Source: Eledone cirrhosa
Lineage: Eukaryota
NCBI GenBank assembly: GCA_964016885.1
Contig: OZ024741.1
Location: 232,128,001-232,192,000 of the forward strand
Direction: 5' to 3'
DNA length: 64,000 nucleotides
This document shows, piece after piece, positions 58,070 to 64,000 of the stretch. Position numbers and translations under genes: made by a program. Position 1 is the first letter of the stretch. Each line of letters starts with the position of its first letter. A model generated the notes under the pieces. That model was not told the DNA's origin, made no database searches, and saw nothing but the letters and a program-made list of their open reading frames with translations.

Positions 58070-58505
58070 TCAATGGACTTGACCGGAATGGCACATGTGT
58101 GTTCCTCCACTACCAGATTACCGACGACAAGCGGCACCTACGTTGCTGAAACTTTGGCCAACATTTTAAACTCTGCGTTTAGCAGAGTTATAAGCCTGAA
58201 ATTGTCTACATTTCACCCTTTGTACGGGTCCTCTAATAGCAGCACTAACACACCTCGACTTACTTTAGTAGGAATTCTCCTGTTTTGCTGCCTGTTAGCG
58301 TAAACATCCGCTAAGATGTCGCCGAACAAGTCTACCATGTTTCTATAAAGCTCGTAGTGCAGATAATCTAAGCCAAGCGATTTGCTCATCATGCAGCTTG
58401 CCATTGCGTCCCATATTTCTTCGGCTGTTATCGGTTGTTTGCAACACTAACCCTCCCTCGGCGATAGCGATGATAGGCAATCGAAGTAGGCCCTAAAATT
58501 CATTC
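58070..58505 (-). mobile_element. Tx1/L1-clade RT fragment
   Basis: KSLGLDYLHYELY, FRLITLLNAEFKMLAKV; homologous to 53600-53970. Confidence 0.7.
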
Positions 58506-58834
58506 CATCCGCAGCTGATTTCCACCTATAAATTACCCAGAGAATCACTTAACCAACACAATCAGCTGAGCCCACATAATCATCTAACAAAATACCTACT
58601 AAAACATCAATTTAAATATTCACTAAACTAACCGCATAACCTGTCACTAATACTGCCAGGCAACTATCCACCAAATCCCCCACCAAAGTAGCTATTAAAC
58701 TACCAACACATCACACAACTAACACCACATTTAACAATAAACCATTCCACCCACCAAACAACTAAAAAGAAACGGCACACCAAATCAACCACGAAAGTCC
58801 ACGATTTATACTTTTGTTTTCTTTTTTCTTTTAG

Positions 58835-59095
58835 TAAATATTGCCAAGGGTCGAGCTACGAATCAAACATCTACCTATCATAACGATACATTATACATGT
58901 ATACCTCTCAGGGTGACTGTAAGCAAATACTTACAGAACTGAAATCTGACCGTGCTGTAGATGGGAATGTGAATCCCGAAGCTAGACACGGGTCATGCAC
59001 GAAAACAAATAAAGGATATTCAAATTCCTGGGAAGTTAAACTTGACAAAAAACAGAACATATCTCAAGTAGTGATTTACAACAGAAACACAGAAA
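58835..59095 (+). CDS. Host gene exon D: N-half of an F-type lectin (fucolectin/F5-8 type C) domain
   Basis: Long polypyrimidine tract ending ttttag|TA, donor GAAA|gtaaga. 261 bp. INIAKGRATNQTST...RAVDGN...SCTKT...WEVKL...VVIYNR matches the F-lectin motif pattern. Confidence 0.92.
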
Positions 59096-59789
59096 GTAAG
59101 ATCTGATATAATTTCTACATTGTTGTTGTTGATGTTTTTTTTATTTATAATGAAAAACATTTAAGCCATGATCATCCAGCCTTTTTTTCAGAGGCATATA
59201 GATTATTCCTTTTAAGAAGCTATAATATGTCTCGTAGAATTACTGTTTCCTTTTTCCAGCAGGTGGTGGGATAATGTGGACGGTGCCACCTTAACTCACA
59301 ATAAAGAGTGTTAAAGTAATCGACATTTATATTTCTACAAAACATGCATCATTTCGATAATAGCTTAAACCATTATGCAGTATATATTCACAGTCAAACA
59401 CTCTCACACTCATACTCATAGAAATACACTCACATATACAAATATACTCACATGCATACGCATGTAGAGACGTACACATAGGAAACAACTCAGGTTTACT
59501 GATTATCTCCAATTATTCTATGTAAAAATAAAAGCTAATTCGTTTCTGCCAGAATCTCTATAACAACTTATAAAATACCCCGGGTATTCGATTACCGCAG
59601 GGGTCAAGTTTGTCATTCATCCTAATGAGGTTGTTAAAATAAGGCCGAGGCAAATACTGGTATCAAGGTAATAGACTTTGCCTTCTTCACAAACTGTTGG
59701 TCGTGTTCTTATCTCTGTATTGTTCCCAACGTCCCAGGTCCTATTCGCCAATAAAATACATTCATCATCATCATCATCATTATCATCAA

Positions 59790-61800
59790 CATCATCATTT
59801 TACATCCGCTTCTCCTTGCTTGCAAGTTTAATACGGGTCCGATTCTGCACAACATCTCTCTACTTGTCACGGTCCTTTGTCATCTCCTCCATGAAGCTCA
59901 GCGATCTGAGGTCTGCTCTCACCACATCTGCCCATGTTTTTCGTGGTCTTCCTCTACTGCGTCTTCCTTCTACTGGAATTTCTTGGCACTTCTTTACTCA
60001 GAGGTCATTCACTTGTTCTACTTATCACCACTTTAGTCTTAGCTCGGTACACTCTCAGTCCTCTTGATTCAAACTGCTGCTTCCATAACAAAAAATTATA
60101 ATCTAGCTCCTCTACTGTTTCTGCTATAAGTACCGGATCATCAGCATAGAGAAGTTCCCATGGGCAGCCCGTCTTAAACTCCTTTGTTATGGCTTGAAGG
60201 ACTATAATGAACAAGATCGGGCTGAGGACCCAACCGTGGTGTACTCCTACTTGTATCTGGAATTCCTCACGAAATTCCTTTCCTACTCTCACTTTTCTGA
60301 CAGCACAATTGTACATAACTTGCACTGTCCTCACAAGCTATTCATGTACACCTAGTTTCCTTAGGGATCACCAGATGATAGATCGGGTTACCGTATCAAA
60401 GTCCATCTCTAAGTCAACAAAATCTAAGTATGGTGGCTTATTCTTTTCTAAGAACCTCTCTTGTAGTTGTCTCACTAAAAAGAGGACATCTGTTGTACTT
60501 TTCCCAGGCACAAAACCAAACTGCATCACATCTAGTTTAACCCTTTCTCTAGTTAGTTGCGCTAGTATTCTTTCTGCCACTTTCATAACCTGATTGACCA
60601 GTTTTATAGCCCTATAATTACTCCTCTACAGAGCATCCCCTTTATATTTGTATCAATTTATAAGAATACTGCTGCACCAATCTTTGGGTATGACTCCGCC
60701 ATATATAGCTGGATTGACGATGCGTGCAACCAGTTTAGTTCCTACTTCTCCTGATGCATTCAGCATCTCAGCAACTATCCCCGATGGACACTATAGTTGG
60801 CAATCTCAATATCTGGTCCCTCTGTCGGGTCTACTGGGGGTAATTTCTCTCTCTCACGTTCGTTCTCCACATTCATCAGTCTCTCATAATGACAATTCTA
60901 TGCCTCCTTTTTCTGATCATTAGTGACACTATGTACACCAGCATCAATTCGGACACACCTACCACCAACAACATCCTGATTTACACTGACATGCTGCCCT
61001 GCAATGTGGAACACCGCACGTCTCTAATCTTCCCGTCGCAGAACATTGGTAAACCTCATACTCTCAGCCTCCCTGCGTTCTAAGTACACCTGACGTCTAG
61101 CTTCTATTTTAGCGGCAGTGTATCGGTCTCTACTCCCACCACTTTTCCAAGACTTCCATGCTAGTCTTTCGTCTTTAATGGTTCTGTCTACCGTGATGTT
61201 CCCCCACCAGGTCGCCCTCTGTCTAGTCGGAGCTCTGCTCCAGCCACAAGTTTCTTCAGTAGCCTGCAGTAAGTTGTCACGTACGAAATTCCATGTATCA
61301 TCTATGTCATAGGATTGTAACTCGTTTTCCTGTTCGTCATACACATCTTGAAGTGCTTTCCTAAAATTATAGTTTTAGATCTCCATCTAGATCTCCATTT
61401 AGATCCACTTCTAGATCTGCATCCTGGAGCTGTCCAACATGACCATTTAAGTCCCCTGCTAGTATAACTATGTCTCTGACCTCTGTCACTGTGTCTGTTT
61501 CTAAAAGTTGCTCGTAAAAGCAGTCTTTCTCTTCTTTACCTAGGCCCGTCTGGGGAGCATAAGTAGAGATGATTGTCAGCAGTCTTTTGTGTACAACTAA
61601 TCTAATCCTAATTATTGTATTACTGGCTCTAACTACCTCCCTCTATTTATCCACCTCTCAACCAGTAAAATGCCTACCCCGCCAACCCAGAAAAGCTTAT
61701 AACTAAGACGTTTGCCTGCGATTAGTCTTGCTAAGACACCTCTCCTCTTGCACGCAGCAGAAATCTACATGTCTTCTCTCTCGCATATCCACTATTAGAC
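59790..61800 (-). mobile_element. RTE (BovB-like) LINE, decayed and internally deleted, (TGA)n tail
   Basis: TIISTYAPQTG, MQFGFVPGKSTTD, VGVHHGWVLSPILFIIV, PWELLYADD. Confidence 0.85.
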
Positions 61801-63194
61801 CAGATCTACCTCTCATTACTATTATTATAATTTGTTTCCCAAGTAGACATTACACATGCTTTTGCTCCGACGTTTTTATCGATTTTCACTTGTTTACTCA
61901 ATGTTATTCGTTATTTTTTTGTTATAATCTGTATACATTGGTCACAGAAACGCGACCTCATAATAATTGGTCCTTGGACACAAATAAGGCAATTACATTT
62001 CTGAATTACGTTCCTAAAATTCAAACAACAAAACGTAAGCGACAACCTTTCGTCATTCGAAACAGAGTACAAAAATATTTCGCACATACAAAACATAATT
62101 CACGATTTCAGCAAATGTCGAAAGTACAACCACAACAACGTCACCGTCAACAAAAACGCTGTCATCTCCATCCCTATTGACACAACCAACGAGGCTGCCC
62201 CTGCTGACGAGGACAACAACAAATATAACAACAGCAACAATAATAGCCACAACAACCAAGACAAACAACTGCAACCACAAGAACTCCGCCAAAAACAACA
62301 ACAACAGAGACAAAAGCAACAGCAGCAACAACAACAAAAATAAAAACAACAACAAGCTTAATGGAAAAAATAATGACACCGAATTGACTCAGTCCAAGAT
62401 GATAATATAATCTGAAGGCGGAAAGACAGCTTTTTAAGTGCAGAAGGCGCAATAGACGTTATGTTCAACTAAGTGCATATTGGAGTGAGGAGTTCATCCT
62501 ATATCCGACCTGTCTTTCAAGAGAAATGACAGGCGGAGAAAAACGGGTATTCCGCCATAACAAAATCTCTGGGGTATCTTTTGACAAGCAGATGTTGGGG
62601 CCAGATGCACATTTCACAGAACCTCGAGATTATGCTGCAAGTAAAGCCAGATCAAACAGAAAAAAAGTTCTAACCTAATATAGATGCCAATCGAGTACGA
62701 CCCGAAGAAAATTATTGAAGGCAAAAGGTCAAAATACAATCAGTTTAAGGCTAGAAGTCATCTTAATATTTTCTGACCTCCAACAATATGACGCACGAAG
62801 CCAAACAAATTAACACGGCCTCAACAGGACTAACAGCTGCATATAAAAATCAAAAGTCACTTAGAGAAAAACAGCCCCAACATCAGTAGCAGAAGCACCA
62901 CCACCATCATGAACGTCCATGGAAGTCATGCCCTTCCCCAATATAACACATGAGGATATTGGTCGGGACAACGTAAGGGTGTGGCATTGCATCGGTCACT
63001 AGAACAAAAAGAAAAAAGAAAATGCGACATGTATTCGCCACATATAAAAGAGGCGAATATGAAGGCAAAAAAAAAAAAACAGCAGTGGAGAAACTAAGGC
63101 CAACATCCACACAGTCCTCCCAATCATCACCACCAGCTACGGGAAAAGTTCCATCCACGACCACTTCCACCTTAAGTGATATATAATATAGATA

Positions 63195-63298
63195 ATTGTT
63201 TATAATTTAGGCACAAGGGCAGCAATTACTCAGTGCATTACTGGTACTTTATTTTATCGACCCCGTGAGGATGAAAGGCAAAGTCAACCTCGGCGGGA
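63195..63298 (-). mobile_element. SINE family B, 5'-truncated
   Basis: Core ctggtactttattttatcgaccccg..ggatgaaaggcaaagtcaacctcggcgg. Probable TSD gatatataata.agataat. Confidence 0.85.
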
Positions 63299-63451
63299 TA
63301 TATAATAGAGATAATAACAGAGAAACCTGGCACGATCGTCGTTTGTTTGGCTTTGATTTTTGCTGATCATTGGTATATGACGTTAGTGACTACCTTCAAT
63401 TGGTAGCGAAAGGCCTTCAAAATGTTTCTAAAAACAACCTACACTATATAA

Positions 63452-64000
63452 CACTGGTCAACAAGTATTTTACATCAAGCATATGTCAGGGTGTACTTAG
63501 TGAAATTGTTAATGCTCATTTCAAATATACAATTAGTTTTACATCACGTACAGTTTTCAAGATGAGAAAGTATTTTGGTTTTAGCTCAAGCATTATATAG
63601 AAATTCAAATTAATGACGTATATCAATGTATATTATTTACATCATGGAAACATCTCTTTAAAATAAACTACATGATTCATTGCTGCATATTTCAGATGCA
63701 ATATTTCATCATCTTAAATTAACCAATTAAGTTTTGTCTGATGAAATAGATATTTCAACATCTCAAATTATCCAGTCATAATTGGTCTGATGAAATATTT
63801 CATCATCTCAAATTCAATATAAGTATAACCGTTTGTATCTATTTCCTTACTTCTTTTACAGTGCTAACAATGTCAAGACAGTGTAGAAATCGTCCTGATG
63901 TGCTCTGTTATGTCTGTGGACAATTTATTGCGAAAGCTCAAAAATGTACAATAACACCAGAGATCAAGAAGATTTATAAGCTATACGTTGACTGTCCTCT
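63452..64000 (+). mobile_element. 5' end of a Chapaev3-like (CMC) DNA transposon; transposase starts at 63870
   Basis: CACTGG terminus. MSRQCRNRPDVLCYVCGQFIAKAQKCTITPEIKKIYKLY matches the C.N.PD.FCY.CG N-terminus I recall for this family. Confidence 0.7.

Noticed and set aside
63695-63812. CTGATGA motifs near the window end
   Set aside because: Part of palindromic subterminal repeats (gatgaaatatttcatc) of the DNA transposon; no hammerhead stems.

Overview
AT-rich, microsatellite-dense animal genomic DNA. The SINE families suggest a coleoid cephalopod, probably an octopus (inference). Four short phase-1/phase-1 exons on + (11907-12053, 14219-14368, 43006-43149, 58835-59095) splice in frame into part of an extracellular protein: a divergent beta-sandwich domain, an EGF-like repeat, then an F-type lectin/discoidin domain. 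Everything else is intron filled with nested mobile elements: Penelope-like elements (PLEs), one decayed autonomous Helitron and several non-autonomous ones, R4/Dong-type LINEs in (ACAT)n, RTE-, CR1- and Tx1/L1-type LINEs, a small non-autonomous LTR element with a tRNA-Trp PBS, SINEs with TSDs, and the start of a Chapaev-like transposon. The most notable signal is about a dozen type I hammerhead ribozyme (HHR) motifs from several repeat families within the first 23 kb. These include a 1297-bp retrozyme-like tandem array with one HHR per unit, an inverted pair with compensatory changes in their helices, and two unrelated motifs with the U3-A8 core covariation. All calls come from manual reading; coordinates are approximate to a few bases and no database search was run.
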